From the NCBI GenBank assembly GCA_050246815.1, contig JBFWVI010000008.1, forward strand, positions 10,747-74,746: a stretch of 64,000 nt of DNA, written 5' to 3'. Positions 1 to 9,582 of this stretch are shown here, piece after piece. The stretch's first letter is position 1; each line of letters opens with the position of its first letter. The position numbers were made by a program, and so were the translations under genes. The stretch comes from Bdellovibrionales bacterium. GTDB lineage: Bacteria; Bdellovibrionota; Bdellovibrionia; Bdellovibrionales; UBA1609. The notes under the pieces are model-generated. The model searched no databases. It was given only the letters and a program-made list of their open reading frames with translations, and was not told where the DNA came from.

Positions 1-340
1 GTTCGTTGTGATACGCGCTGAAGTTCAGCAGCGCGAATGCGGGCGCGATCACCGTCGCTCCAGGCTGGGCTGGTGGCGGGGGCAGTTGAATCGTCACGGG
101 CGACAATGGGCGCACCAGCGAACTGCGACATGAGGCGCTGTTTTGTAAATGCTGGCTGATGGCGGCGGCGAATTCGTTGCTTTGATCGCGCGACTCCACC
201 AGTTTTTGCGCACGCATAAATTGGCCGATGAGGGTGCCCGTGGACACCACCACAACGCTGAGAATGCCCAGGGCCATCAGCATCTCAGCTAAGCTTAACC
301 CCTTCTTTTTTTGAATAAAACTAAATCTATTTATGGGCAT
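1..340 (-). CDS. Type IV pilin-like (prepilin N-methylation motif) protein, partial, runs off the window start
   Basis: Hand translation from ATG at 340: MPINRFSFIQKKKG|LSLAEMLMALGILSVVVVSTGTLIGQFMRAQKLVESRDQSNEF...CRSSL. It has a class III signal (G|xxxxE) and is a paralog of 331..1248. Not in the ORF track. Confidence 0.8.
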   Translation of the reverse strand, partial: MPINRFSFIQKKKGLSLAEMLMALGILSVVVVSTGTLIGQFMRAQKLVESRDQSNEFAAAISQHLQNSASCRSSLVRPLSPVTIQLPPPPAQPGATVIAPAFALLNFSAYHNE

Positions 341-1248
341 ATCACACACGAATAATAGGTTTCATGGTGGTACACGGTTCGGGTGCACTTTTTGCCACAG
401 CTATAAGAGCTTTCAAAGTCGTTACCGCCGGTCAGGCGGGGCACAGAACCGGCGGGGCACGCCTGATTGCTGGTGACCGGATTGTTCAATTGACCTGTGG
501 TCGGTGAGTCGGGTTGAGTGGGATCGCTTTTACTATAAACCGAAAAAAAACCAACCACCATGCACTTGCTTCCGCCGATCGAGGTGGTGTTGCAGGTCTG
601 CGTGGCGCTGTCCCAGTCACCCGGATTGCCGGTGGCCAGTTGGCAGGCGCTTTGCAAATCCATAGTACCCAAACAATCTTCAATGACTGCGGGCGAAGTG
701 TTGGTCACCGTAGTTACGGGCACTTCAAAATAGCGTGTCGGTAGGGGTTGCACTTGATCGCCCTTCAACAATTCGACCATCAACTGAATTTGGGCTGTCG
801 TACGATAGCGTGTCAGCATGCCCTTACGAAAGGGCATGAATTGCGTCGCGGGCTTAAGTTGAATACCCAAATTGCCGACTCGCGAGCTGCGCGAGATCAT
901 AAAGCCGTTCTGTAATGTGGGTGGGCCAGGAGTGGCCGCTGGAACTTCGCTCAAGAATCCCGTGAAATTGGCGATGGTCAAAGGGGGCGCGGCCACATAG
1001 TCGCCCGGCGTGCTCGGCGGCGTTGGCGTCATCAATGTGACTCCACCTAAGGAGGATCGGCATTGGTCTTTAAGAGAAAAATATTTAGAGAGGGCGGATC
1101 CAAATTCATTCACTTCGTCACGCGTTTGTATCAGTTGATGAGAGCTCATGAATTGTGAAATCAAGGTTGAGCTTGACAGAACAACGACACTTAAAATGCC
1201 GATAACCAGGATCAATTCGGTTAAAGTAACGCCCTTGGAACCCTTCAC
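331..1248 (-). CDS. Type IV pilin/pseudopilin-like protein with Cys-rich C-terminus
   Basis: N-terminus KG|VTLTELILVIGILSVVVL is a prepilin peptidase motif with E5 and a hydrophobic helix. Confidence 0.8.
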   Translation of the reverse strand: MKGSKGVTLTELILVIGILSVVVLSSSTLISQFMSSHQLIQTRDEVNEFGSALSKYFSLKDQCRSSLGGVTLMTPTPPSTPGDYVAAPPLTIANFTGFLSEVPAATPGPPTLQNGFMISRSSRVGNLGIQLKPATQFMPFRKGMLTRYRTTAQIQLMVELLKGDQVQPLPTRYFEVPVTTVTNTSPAVIEDCLGTMDLQSACQLATGNPGDWDSATQTCNTTSIGGSKCMVVGFFSVYSKSDPTQPDSPTTGQLNNPVTSNQACPAGSVPRLTGGNDFESSYSCGKKCTRTVYHHETYYSCVICP

Positions 1249-1304
1249 TTGCCTCGCCCGCCCATATCCATATAATAGAATACTGAGGACAATGTTGTAC
1301 AGAT

Positions 1305-2039
1305 ATGAAACAAAAACGCCGGCGCAGTCGCAAAAAAAGATATCGGCACCTCTGGGTTGCTTTGGTGCTTGTGGGTCTGCTCGTGGGTCTCAAAATGAAA
1401 CGCGATCACAACTTACGCCAAGCAAATTTAGTTCCGCGGCCGCAATCGCTCAGGTCGACTTCGAATAACGCAATTAGCCAGTCGCCTTTGGATCACCAGA
1501 CGGCCGGTTCTTCTTCGCAAGTTCGTGAACCCACGCAAGGCGAAGTGCTGATGGCCATTCGCGACAGTGTTAAGCCGATGCCCAACATGGCGCTGAATAT
1601 CGCTTTGCCAGCACACATGACATTCAACAGTTTGAGTTTGGGCAAAGGCAATTCTGGCAGCTACGCCTTCGATGCGAAAACCGGTGTGGGTATGGCCGTC
1701 GTGGCATTGGCGCAAAATTTAACTCCCGCGCAATTGATGAACCTGGTGCGCGCGCAAGAGAGCAAGCCTGAAATTCCGAATTTGCAAGGCGTGTTGGTTG
1801 GCAGCTTTTCACAGCCGCGCGAAGTGCCGGCGATTCAAGATAGCGGTTTGGCCCAAGCCCTAATTTGGAGCGGAAAAAATCGACAGGGCGCCGAGGTGCA
1901 TATCGCCTATGCCCCTCGTTTGGATCAAAAAGGCGTTCACGTGATCATCATGTCGGGGAGCAAAGACTATTTTGATCAGAACGATGATTATCTAGATTAC
2001 CTTTACCGCAATATGCGGGCGGGACCTCAAGCCAAATGA
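1305..2039 (+). CDS. Hypothetical single-pass membrane protein
   Basis: 244-aa ORF with a basic N-terminus then a TM helix; ATGA overlap with the next gene. Confidence 0.65.
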   Translation: MKQKRRRSRKKRYRHLWVALVLVGLLVGLKMKRDHNLRQANLVPRPQSLRSTSNNAISQSPLDHQTAGSSSQVREPTQGEVLMAIRDSVKPMPNMALNIALPAHMTFNSLSLGKGNSGSYAFDAKTGVGMAVVALAQNLTPAQLMNLVRAQESKPEIPNLQGVLVGSFSQPREVPAIQDSGLAQALIWSGKNRQGAEVHIAYAPRLDQKGVHVIIMSGSKDYFDQNDDYLDYLYRNMRAGPQAK

Positions 2040-2728
2040 GGGCGAGCCCACGACCTTCGGAATTTTATTTACTCAGTTTCGCCGTTTCTGCCTGCAGCTT
2101 GATTTATGAATTTGTCATCGCTCAAACGCTGGCGGCCGTTTGGGGCGGCACCTTGCTTTGCTACGCGTTGGTGATCGGTGGATTCACTTTGGCTATGGGG
2201 CTGGGATCCATGAGCGTCGCCCATGTGAAAGATCGGCAATCGGCGTGGTTTCAGCTGCTGCGGGTGGAAGTATTGCTGACCTTGGTCGGCACCTTGGGGC
2301 CTTGGTGTGTTTTGGCCCTGGACCCCGTGCATTGGCCAGAATCATTTTCGCTGGTGCTTAGGGTCGGTTCGTTCGCTCCATGTCTGGCGATTGGCTGGTA
2401 CACGGGCAAGGAGTTGCCTTTGATGATGGAGATTGTCACCAACCACTCCCAGGCGCTGAAAGTGATGGCCTGTGATTATTTGGGGATGTTTGCCGGCAGT
2501 CTTTTGTTTCCACTGTTGCTACTGCCGGAACTTGGGGTTTGGGGCACGGGCCTTTTAGTGGCGACGATTAACGCAGTCGCCGCGCTTTGGATCTTGTGGC
2601 GTGCGCCGCAAGCGATCGATCGACTATGGGGATCGTTGCAAGCACTGCAGTTCATAGCGTTGCTGGTGGCGTGGACGCAGATCGACGGGCTGACCGATTT
2701 CGCGACAAGCTGGTTCATCCATGGTTAA
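2036..2728 (+). CDS. Stand-alone membrane domain of membrane-associated spermidine synthase-like family
   Basis: Motifs CSLIYE, F..AMGLGS, G.ELPL and DYLG..AGSLLFPLLLLP are typical of the N-terminal TM module of COG4262-like proteins; no catalytic domain. Confidence 0.7.
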   Translation: MRASPRPSEFYLLSFAVSACSLIYEFVIAQTLAAVWGGTLLCYALVIGGFTLAMGLGSMSVAHVKDRQSAWFQLLRVEVLLTLVGTLGPWCVLALDPVHWPESFSLVLRVGSFAPCLAIGWYTGKELPLMMEIVTNHSQALKVMACDYLGMFAGSLLFPLLLLPELGVWGTGLLVATINAVAALWILWRAPQAIDRLWGSLQALQFIALLVAWTQIDGLTDFATSWFIHG

Positions 2729-4343
2729 AGCAAAAAGTGTCGAATGGGCTTGGATCGGCGTCGCACTATCGCTTGGTGCATGCAGCATGAGCTACGAACT
2801 CTTGTTGGCGAAACTCATGGGCGAGTTATTTGGGCAAGAGGTTTTGTGCCAAAGTTTGACGGTGGGCACATTTTTGCTGGGACTTGGTTTTGGTTCGTGG
2901 CGTGCCTCGGATCGTGCCGGCGATTCTTCGCGCCAACTGGTCGGGATTGAACTTGGCTTGGCGGTTCTTGGGGCCACCGCGCCTCTTTTGATTATGACTT
3001 TAGTGACACTCACCAAAGTGTTGATTCCAGAATTTATTATTCAGAGCGAAGACCAGCAAATCTGGATGGTGCTGGGGTTGGCTTTTTTGCAGCCGCTGCC
3101 TTTTTTGATCGGTTGGTGGTCGGGTTGGGAGCTTCCGCTAATTATCAAAGCCAGCCAAGGCGTCAGTCACGCGCGAATATTGGCGGGCAGCTACTGGGGC
3201 GGAATGTTTGGCAGCTGGTTTGTTCCATGGGCGGGGTGGCTGCACATGAGCGTGGCCCAAGCGGCCTGGCTGGTGGGCGCGGTGAATTGGGCCACGGCCT
3301 TTGTTCTATTGCTATGGCTGCTGCCAAACAAAAGCCGGGCGCTGTCGCACAGTTTGTTGGCATGGTTTGCGTTGCTGGCGGTGATTACCTTGCAGGCTCC
3401 TTTGCAGCGCGCTTATTTAGTGATTCACTACGGCCAATACGCTTTAAACCATCTCAGCCAACCTGATGTTTCGATGCTTTGGCGCATTATTCAAAGGTCT
3501 CCGCCGGTGCAACGGGTGATTTCAAGTTATCAGAACATCGATCTTGTGGACGAAAGTTTTTTTAGCAGCATGGGACTGGTTGGTGATTTCACTTTGTATT
3601 TGAACAAAAAGCCCCAATTTTCAGCGAAGACCTTTCGCTCATATCACGAGTCCATGGTCTTGGGGGCGCTTAACTTGGCCAAAATCCAACCGCGTGAAGT
3701 CGTGATTTTTGGTGGTGGCGATGGTCTGATCGCGGCAGAGCTTTTAAAGCTTCCGTTTATCGAAAAGATCACGCTGATCGAACTGGATCCCGTGGTGATT
3801 CAGTTGGCCAAGCAAGACCCGCGTTTGTTGAAATTAAATGAAAGAAGCTTGTTTGATGCAAAGGTCGAAGTGATCATAGACGACGCCTTTCGCTTTTTGC
3901 GCGAACGTCAACAACCGTTGACGGCGGTCTTCATTGACTTCCCTTACCCCGACAGTTTTGACACCACCAAACTTTTTAGTCGTGAATTTTTTGGCTCACT
4001 GCTGTCTAAGTTGGATCCTGGTGGATTCGCCGTTTTGGACGCGCCGTTTTGGCGGGTGCTGAGCGAAGACATGGTAACCCCGCGACCTTGGCCGCAGGAT
4101 CTATTACTAAGCACCATTCAAGCGGCGGGTATCAAAAACTATTTATTATTCGGCCCGATCGAGCCGTTTTTGTACATTGCGACCGACGCAGATGTAAAAT
4201 TACGCTTTGATTATTCCCTGCTGCCGGCCACCATCGAATCGCGCAGTTTGGTGAATATGACCGACATCCGGCACTTGCTCGAAGATACGGAAATACGACC
4301 GGAGTATGTGAATTCCATTTTTAAACCCAGAAGGTGGCGATGA
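2721..4343 (+). CDS. Membrane-anchored spermidine synthase-like aminopropyl/methyltransferase
   Basis: TM module plus S.YQ.I, YHE, GGGDG, IELD, DDAF and DFPYP motifs. Confidence 0.8.
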   Translation: MVKAKSVEWAWIGVALSLGACSMSYELLLAKLMGELFGQEVLCQSLTVGTFLLGLGFGSWRASDRAGDSSRQLVGIELGLAVLGATAPLLIMTLVTLTKVLIPEFIIQSEDQQIWMVLGLAFLQPLPFLIGWWSGWELPLIIKASQGVSHARILAGSYWGGMFGSWFVPWAGWLHMSVAQAAWLVGAVNWATAFVLLLWLLPNKSRALSHSLLAWFALLAVITLQAPLQRAYLVIHYGQYALNHLSQPDVSMLWRIIQRSPPVQRVISSYQNIDLVDESFFSSMGLVGDFTLYLNKKPQFSAKTFRSYHESMVLGALNLAKIQPREVVIFGGGDGLIAAELLKLPFIEKITLIELDPVVIQLAKQDPRLLKLNERSLFDAKVEVIIDDAFRFLRERQQPLTAVFIDFPYPDSFDTTKLFSREFFGSLLSKLDPGGFAVLDAPFWRVLSEDMVTPRPWPQDLLLSTIQAAGIKNYLLFGPIEPFLYIATDADVKLRFDYSLLPATIESRSLVNMTDIRHLLEDTEIRPEYVNSIFKPRRWR

Positions 4344-5203
4344 GCGAATTCAGTCGCAGACAACTGTTGCGCTATTTTTGGCTTTGCGGTTTGTCTTATC
4401 AAGCCGATGCAATTCCAATCGGCGGCATATTGGGCAATCAAAACCCCCAGCACGCGCGCTTTGTGGCGCTTCGCTATTGGGATTGGTATCAAAAAGAATT
4501 TTTCCCGTTCCAAAAACATCTGGCACAAGACGAGCAGGGCTTGATCAAACAAGGACTTGCCAGTTTGCCCAATTGGAACGAATTATTTTCGCCAATGCAG
4601 GGGATTGACCGATTTTTGGTCAGCCATCGCTTACAGGGTGGGCACGCGACTCATGGGCGGGTGGCGATCCATGTGGGCGCCGAGCTTCAAGCAGCCATGC
4701 GCACGATCTGCAAAAGGCAAGGTGTGTCGGCCTCATTTTTTGATCAGGGCGGACAGGTGTACGGCCTGGGCTGGGATTGCGATGCCGACCTCTTCAAGAT
4801 TTATTTACGCTATGATTCGCGCCAACAAATCCAAAATCAATCGATCAAAAGTTTAGAGAAAAATGCGGCCCACGAGAGCGAAGGCGATTTTTATCCGGTG
4901 CGGTTTTCAAGCCTGCGTTTTAAAAGGGGCCAGCTTTTAGAAAAAAGACTTTATCGCGTGGCGCGTGGGATTTCGTCCGCGGTGCGCGGGATCGCGAAGT
5001 TCGGTCCGCACATTTTACAAGTGACGCAAATTTTTAGTGATCAGGGGTTGCGGCCGGCCCACTGGCGTTTGTTGAATTTTCCGTCGCTGGGCCTGCCCGA
5101 GCAAGCGGAACTCGCGTTTATTAAGCAAGAAAAAGAGTTTCGTTTCGCCGCGGATTCCGTACGTTATCAGGATCCGCAAAATATCACGGTCTATTACCCT
5201 TGA
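4340..5203 (+). CDS. Hypothetical protein with twin-arginine-like N-terminus
   Basis: MSEFSRRQLL; ATG at 4340 overlaps the upstream TGA. Confidence 0.6.
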   Translation: MSEFSRRQLLRYFWLCGLSYQADAIPIGGILGNQNPQHARFVALRYWDWYQKEFFPFQKHLAQDEQGLIKQGLASLPNWNELFSPMQGIDRFLVSHRLQGGHATHGRVAIHVGAELQAAMRTICKRQGVSASFFDQGGQVYGLGWDCDADLFKIYLRYDSRQQIQNQSIKSLEKNAAHESEGDFYPVRFSSLRFKRGQLLEKRLYRVARGISSAVRGIAKFGPHILQVTQIFSDQGLRPAHWRLLNFPSLGLPEQAELAFIKQEKEFRFAADSVRYQDPQNITVYYP

Positions 5204-6230
5204 GTTTTTGAATGACCCAATCGGTCGCTTTGGTTAAGGTGTTCACCAGGGGCAGCAAAACCAAAAAATAAGCGTTCAAGATCCACGGACTCGATAGCAA
5301 AACATCGGTGAAAAAACCGAAAAAGTAATAAACGAAAATGTGCACGATAAAGGCGATACCTAATTTTTTCGCCAAGTGGGTGTGTGACACCCATTGAAAG
5401 CGCGGATGGCGCTCAAAAAATTGTTGCACTTCAATCGCTGTCGCCAGCCGCAGCAAAAACAAAACCGGCAACATTTGGAACCAAAAATCCAAAGACGAGC
5501 GGCTGAACACATAGCAATAAAACTTGTAACTCATCGGCGGATCCGCGTAGGCGCCCCAGTTGTAAAAACAAACCGCCAGCACCGGTAGCCAAGCGATCAG
5601 TTCGCGCCGTCCCTTAAAGGCATGATTCGCGCTCAAGTGTCCCCAGGCGTACATCACCCAGGATAAACCGATCCATGGCAGCAGATGCCAACCCCCGCGC
5701 CCGTCGTATTCGCAATGACCAGTCCAGATACGACGGGTCTGCACAGACAACTGAAGTTGATCGGCCACCAAATCCCAAGGCACGAAGTACAGCACTGCCC
5801 CGACCGTGCCCAGGGGCCAAACCCATTTTGGATTTTTGGTGCAAACGTAAGTGCAAAGCAGGGTGATCAGCAAATAATGATAGATGTCCCATTCCACCCA
5901 GAGTGATTGAAGCCGAAAGCCCCCTTCGGAAAAGCTGACGAACAAACAGCTAAAGGCAACCAGGATAATTAAATTGACCAAGCGTACGCGACCCTTTTTG
6001 TAGCCAGCCAAAAAAGAAAAAATCGCCAGCACGGCGAAACCAGCATAGGTCAGCGTGCGAAAAGTATAATAGTACCAGTCCCACAAAACGGCGTGGCCGG
6101 TGGGCCAAACGATGTCGTGGCTTAAGTCTTCCCAAAGAATGGCGTAGCTGTCGTACCAAATGATTAGGCTTAAAAACAAAACCTTGATGATGTCGACCAA
6201 ATACAGTCGGGACTTTGTGGGCACATCCAT
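5184..6230 (-). CDS. Polytopic membrane protein, possible acyltransferase (DUF1624/HGSNAT-like)
   Basis: Multiple TM helices; R...D..K N-terminal motif and LLPWIG motif. Confidence 0.55.
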   Translation of the reverse strand: MDVPTKSRLYLVDIIKVLFLSLIIWYDSYAILWEDLSHDIVWPTGHAVLWDWYYYTFRTLTYAGFAVLAIFSFLAGYKKGRVRLVNLIILVAFSCLFVSFSEGGFRLQSLWVEWDIYHYLLITLLCTYVCTKNPKWVWPLGTVGAVLYFVPWDLVADQLQLSVQTRRIWTGHCEYDGRGGWHLLPWIGLSWVMYAWGHLSANHAFKGRRELIAWLPVLAVCFYNWGAYADPPMSYKFYCYVFSRSSLDFWFQMLPVLFLLRLATAIEVQQFFERHPRFQWVSHTHLAKKLGIAFIVHIFVYYFFGFFTDVLLSSPWILNAYFLVLLPLVNTLTKATDWVIQKLKGNRP

Positions 6231-6324
6231 TGATTGATAGCCTAATCAGCGAAAGCAAGGCTGACAACGATCCAGACTATGGTCTGGTGAAACCAGGACT
6301 ATGGTCGCAATTGATTGGCTCAGT

Positions 6325-6352
6325 TCAAGTCGTTCACGCTGTCTCCCGATGA
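6325..6352 (+). promoter_or_regulatory. Putative sigma28 (FliA) promoter
   Basis: TCAAGTCG-N12-CCCGATGA upstream of the 6427 gene. Confidence 0.55.
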
Positions 6353-6426
6353 GAATATCAGCCAGGAAGGCATGAACAGTTCGCGACCCAAGGATGGAGC
6401 GCAAGAAATCCCACGGAGGGAATTCT

Positions 6427-7008
6427 ATGCGGCTTTTCGCTTTTTTATTTGCGGCCGTGATCACCACGGAAATGGTCCACGCCGAAGAAATTCAAATTTT
6501 CGATATGCGCAAAAGTTTGGCGCTGTCGGATCAAGAACCTGTCTATCGCGATTTCTATTTGTCGCGGGGACTGGAGGCCGGCCTGCGTCCCGGCATGATC
6601 CTGACCGTGAAACGCCGTCAACCCCTTTACGACGGCATACACAACCGCTCGGCCGGAGATTTGGGGCTGGTGGTGGCACGAATCAAAATCATTCACGCCG
6701 AAAAAGGTTTGGCCGTGGCTCGCCACCATTCCGGCTTTAACCGTGATGACCTGCCACTTTTGGAAGACAATTACATCATGATTGGCGATGAGGTCGATTT
6801 GAGCTCGGCCACGACGGAAAGCAAAGCCAAGGGTCAGAAGAAGGCCGAAGAAAAATCAGAAGAGGTTCAACCCACTGCCGACTCTCAAGACAGTGCTGAA
6901 AAACCGCCACAAACCGCCGCCTTAAATCAAAATGGCGTTGATTTTGCCTCTCAAGCCCCGGATAACAGCCTGAAAGCCCAACCCATTGATGGGCCCACGG
7001 TGCAGTAA
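6427..7008 (+). CDS. Secreted hypothetical protein
   Basis: RBS GGAGGG then ATG 6427; Sec signal MRLFAFLFAAVITTEMVHA. Confidence 0.75.
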   Translation: MRLFAFLFAAVITTEMVHAEEIQIFDMRKSLALSDQEPVYRDFYLSRGLEAGLRPGMILTVKRRQPLYDGIHNRSAGDLGLVVARIKIIHAEKGLAVARHHSGFNRDDLPLLEDNYIMIGDEVDLSSATTESKAKGQKKAEEKSEEVQPTADSQDSAEKPPQTAALNQNGVDFASQAPDNSLKAQPIDGPTVQ

Positions 7009-7035
7009 CCAACCTGCGTCGTCAGGTGAGGTGCC

Positions 7036-7923
7036 GTGAGTTCTGAAAAATACTTTCGTCTTCAGTTGCAAAACGTTCGGCGTGACCAGGAAGAAATGGT
7101 CACGCTTTGGTGCTTTGATCATGGGGCAGAAGGCCTAGCCGAAAACTTGCCCTTTCGCCAAAATCCGGAAGATTATTCGGTTGAACTGTTGCCGGCCGAC
7201 ACGTTGTCGATAGATGCTTTTTTCTCTGCGCCCTTAGCCGCCAACGATTTAGATAATCTGAAGGCCCGCTTTGCGGACGTGATTGTTTCTTTGAATGAAG
7301 AGCAGGTGCAGGATTGGATGGCCGAGTGGAAGAAGGGTTTTACGCCGTTCCCTTTGGTGGACGGGGTATGGGTCTTACCGCACTGGTTGCCCCGCCCGGC
7401 TGAGGCCAAGCAAGTGATTTTGATGGAGCCCGGCATGGCCTTTGGCACGGGCACTCACGAGACCACAAAGCTTGCGGCGCAGTTGTTGGCGGATGCACTT
7501 CGCACCCGCCCCGGTGCTCGGGTTTTAGATGTGGGCACCGGAACCGGCATTTTGGCGATCTTGGCCAAGCTTCTTGGGGCACGTGAAGTGGTGGCCACGG
7601 ACATCGATCCCGAGGCCGTGCGAGTGGCTGAAGAAAATTTTGAACTCAACCGACAAACGCAAATTCCGGTCAGCAATAAAACACTGGATCAGTTGGACGG
7701 CGAATTCGACGTAGTGGTGGCCAACATCATCGATGGCGTTTTGGCCGCCTTGCAATCGGGTTTAAAAAGGCGTACAGCCCCAGGCGGAGCGCTGGTGCTT
7801 TCGGGCATTATTGACGAACGACTGGCGGGATTTCGCGAGCGTTTTAAGCCCGAGCCCCTGCGACTGACCAAAGAGCAGCGTCTGAATGAGTGGCACGGCT
7901 GGTTGGTGGAGCGTCCACGATGA
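7036..7923 (+). CDS. prmA: Ribosomal protein L11 methyltransferase
   Basis: EPGMAFGTGTHETT, VLDVGTGTGIL, VVANI and LSGI motifs. Confidence 0.93.
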   Translation: MSSEKYFRLQLQNVRRDQEEMVTLWCFDHGAEGLAENLPFRQNPEDYSVELLPADTLSIDAFFSAPLAANDLDNLKARFADVIVSLNEEQVQDWMAEWKKGFTPFPLVDGVWVLPHWLPRPAEAKQVILMEPGMAFGTGTHETTKLAAQLLADALRTRPGARVLDVGTGTGILAILAKLLGAREVVATDIDPEAVRVAEENFELNRQTQIPVSNKTLDQLDGEFDVVVANIIDGVLAALQSGLKRRTAPGGALVLSGIIDERLAGFRERFKPEPLRLTKEQRLNEWHGWLVERPR

Positions 7924-8681
7924 GGCGCTTTTGGCTGGAGCCACAAAACTGGGATCAAGAGCAATTGCAAGTGAGTGGCGAGCTCTTTCATCACTTGATC
8001 GATGTTTGCCGTTTTGAGGTCGGCGACAAGTTTGAATTGCTCAGTACGGGCCAGGCCGTCTTTGTTGAAATTTTAAGCGTCGACAAGCGCCATGCGCAGC
8101 TGCGCCGTCTTGAGGTGCGCCAGATTGGCCAGATGCCAAAGCCCCACATTCATTTGGCACTTTCGGTACCGCGTTTTGCAAAGGTCGATTGGATTGTGGA
8201 AAAGTCCGTGGAACTTGGTATTCATGAAATTCATCCTTTTGTTTCGGACCACAGTTTTGTGCGCGATCCGGCCCAAGTGCCTGCCGCCAAGGTGGCTCGT
8301 TGGCGAAAGCTGGTACAGCAAGCCAGCCAGCAATCGGGACGTGGTGAATTGATGGGTGTCGCGCAAACAACCACCCTCCAGGCGTTGCTCACCCAGGTTA
8401 ACCAAAAGCCCAAGACATTGTGTCTATTCCCTTTTGAAGGGGAGTGCGAACTCACCCTTAAGCAGCGCCTAAAAGGCTTAAAACCCACAGATTTCGAGGA
8501 AATATGGGTTTTTGTGGGGTCCGAAGGAGGCTTTTCGCGGGCCGAGGTCGAAAGTTTCAAAGTGGCCCAAATCGCCCCGGTCAGTTTAGGCGCCCAGGTG
8601 CTGCGAGTCGAAACGGCTTGCTTGGCCCTGGCCAGCATCCTAAAGTATGAATTCGAGGTGGTGGAGCATGGATCCATTTGA
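7920..8681 (+). CDS. rsmE: 16S rRNA m3U1498 methyltransferase
   Basis: HH...V.R, EKSVELG, A.QQSGR, VGSEGGFS and LG..VLRVETA motifs; follows prmA. Confidence 0.93.
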   Translation: MRRFWLEPQNWDQEQLQVSGELFHHLIDVCRFEVGDKFELLSTGQAVFVEILSVDKRHAQLRRLEVRQIGQMPKPHIHLALSVPRFAKVDWIVEKSVELGIHEIHPFVSDHSFVRDPAQVPAAKVARWRKLVQQASQQSGRGELMGVAQTTTLQALLTQVNQKPKTLCLFPFEGECELTLKQRLKGLKPTDFEEIWVFVGSEGGFSRAEVESFKVAQIAPVSLGAQVLRVETACLALASILKYEFEVVEHGSI

Positions 8682-9567
8682 AGAATTTGAAATCAAGCCG
8701 TTATCCGAAGGTTTAGGCTTCCACAAAAAAAGTGTGCCTTTGTCCGAGCAGGTGAAAAAATCGGGCCTGGCTGAAGCCTACTCGGTGCAAATTCCGTCTT
8801 TAACCCAAGCCGACAAAGAAAAGCTGCAATCAAATACTTCGTCAAAACCACAGGCTTTTGCTGATTTGCTGAAAGCGCTTGAGTCGCCCGCCAGTGCCCG
8901 CGCGCCAGCGCCCATGCGGCCGATGGTGCCGGCACCCGTCGCCGCGTCTGAATTGATGATCACCGAGCCTTTGCCGGCTCCGGGAACGGCTAAAAAGAAA
9001 GCTGTTGAAGTGGAAATTCCGCGTCCGCAAGGGCCCGAGTTTCCAACCTTAAACCCCGCCCGCCCAAGCAACACCACGCCGCTTTCAAAGGTGGTTGAAA
9101 ACGTCGGGCTAAAGCGCGGCGCTGCGGATTCGCCCATGCGCATGCTGGAACGTGCCTCAGTCTCGATCCCCTCTGCAGTTTTGGATGGCGTAGTGGTCTT
9201 TGCGCTGTCACTGATGTTCTTGGTCACGCTGATGACCATCACCAAAGTGGATTTGGCCGCCCTGGTTTTCCAAGTGGGCATGGATGTGCCGACCAAAGTG
9301 GCTTTTGGTGTTTTGTTTGCCTCGGTTTTGTTGATGTACATCGTGGTTGTGCGCAGCTTTTATGGCCGCACTTTAGGTGAGTGGACTTTTGACCATCAAA
9401 TGGGCGATGACCAACAGCAGATGCAGGCCCTTTACCCTGTGCAGGTGATGTGGCGCGCGGTTTTGATCATGGCCACCGGCGTGATCACGATCCCGTTGTT
9501 GTCGATGATCTTTGGCCGCGACTTGCTGGCGCCGCTGACCGGCTTGCAACTTTACCGCAGTCGATAG
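8668..9567 (+). CDS. RDD family membrane protein with Pro-rich N-terminal region
   Basis: C-terminal TM helices with GRTLG; N-terminal KPLSEGLGFH motif. Confidence 0.65.
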   Translation: MDPFEEFEIKPLSEGLGFHKKSVPLSEQVKKSGLAEAYSVQIPSLTQADKEKLQSNTSSKPQAFADLLKALESPASARAPAPMRPMVPAPVAASELMITEPLPAPGTAKKKAVEVEIPRPQGPEFPTLNPARPSNTTPLSKVVENVGLKRGAADSPMRMLERASVSIPSAVLDGVVVFALSLMFLVTLMTITKVDLAALVFQVGMDVPTKVAFGVLFASVLLMYIVVVRSFYGRTLGEWTFDHQMGDDQQQMQALYPVQVMWRAVLIMATGVITIPLLSMIFGRDLLAPLTGLQLYRSR

Positions 9568-9582
9568 ATCTTTTAAGTTCAA

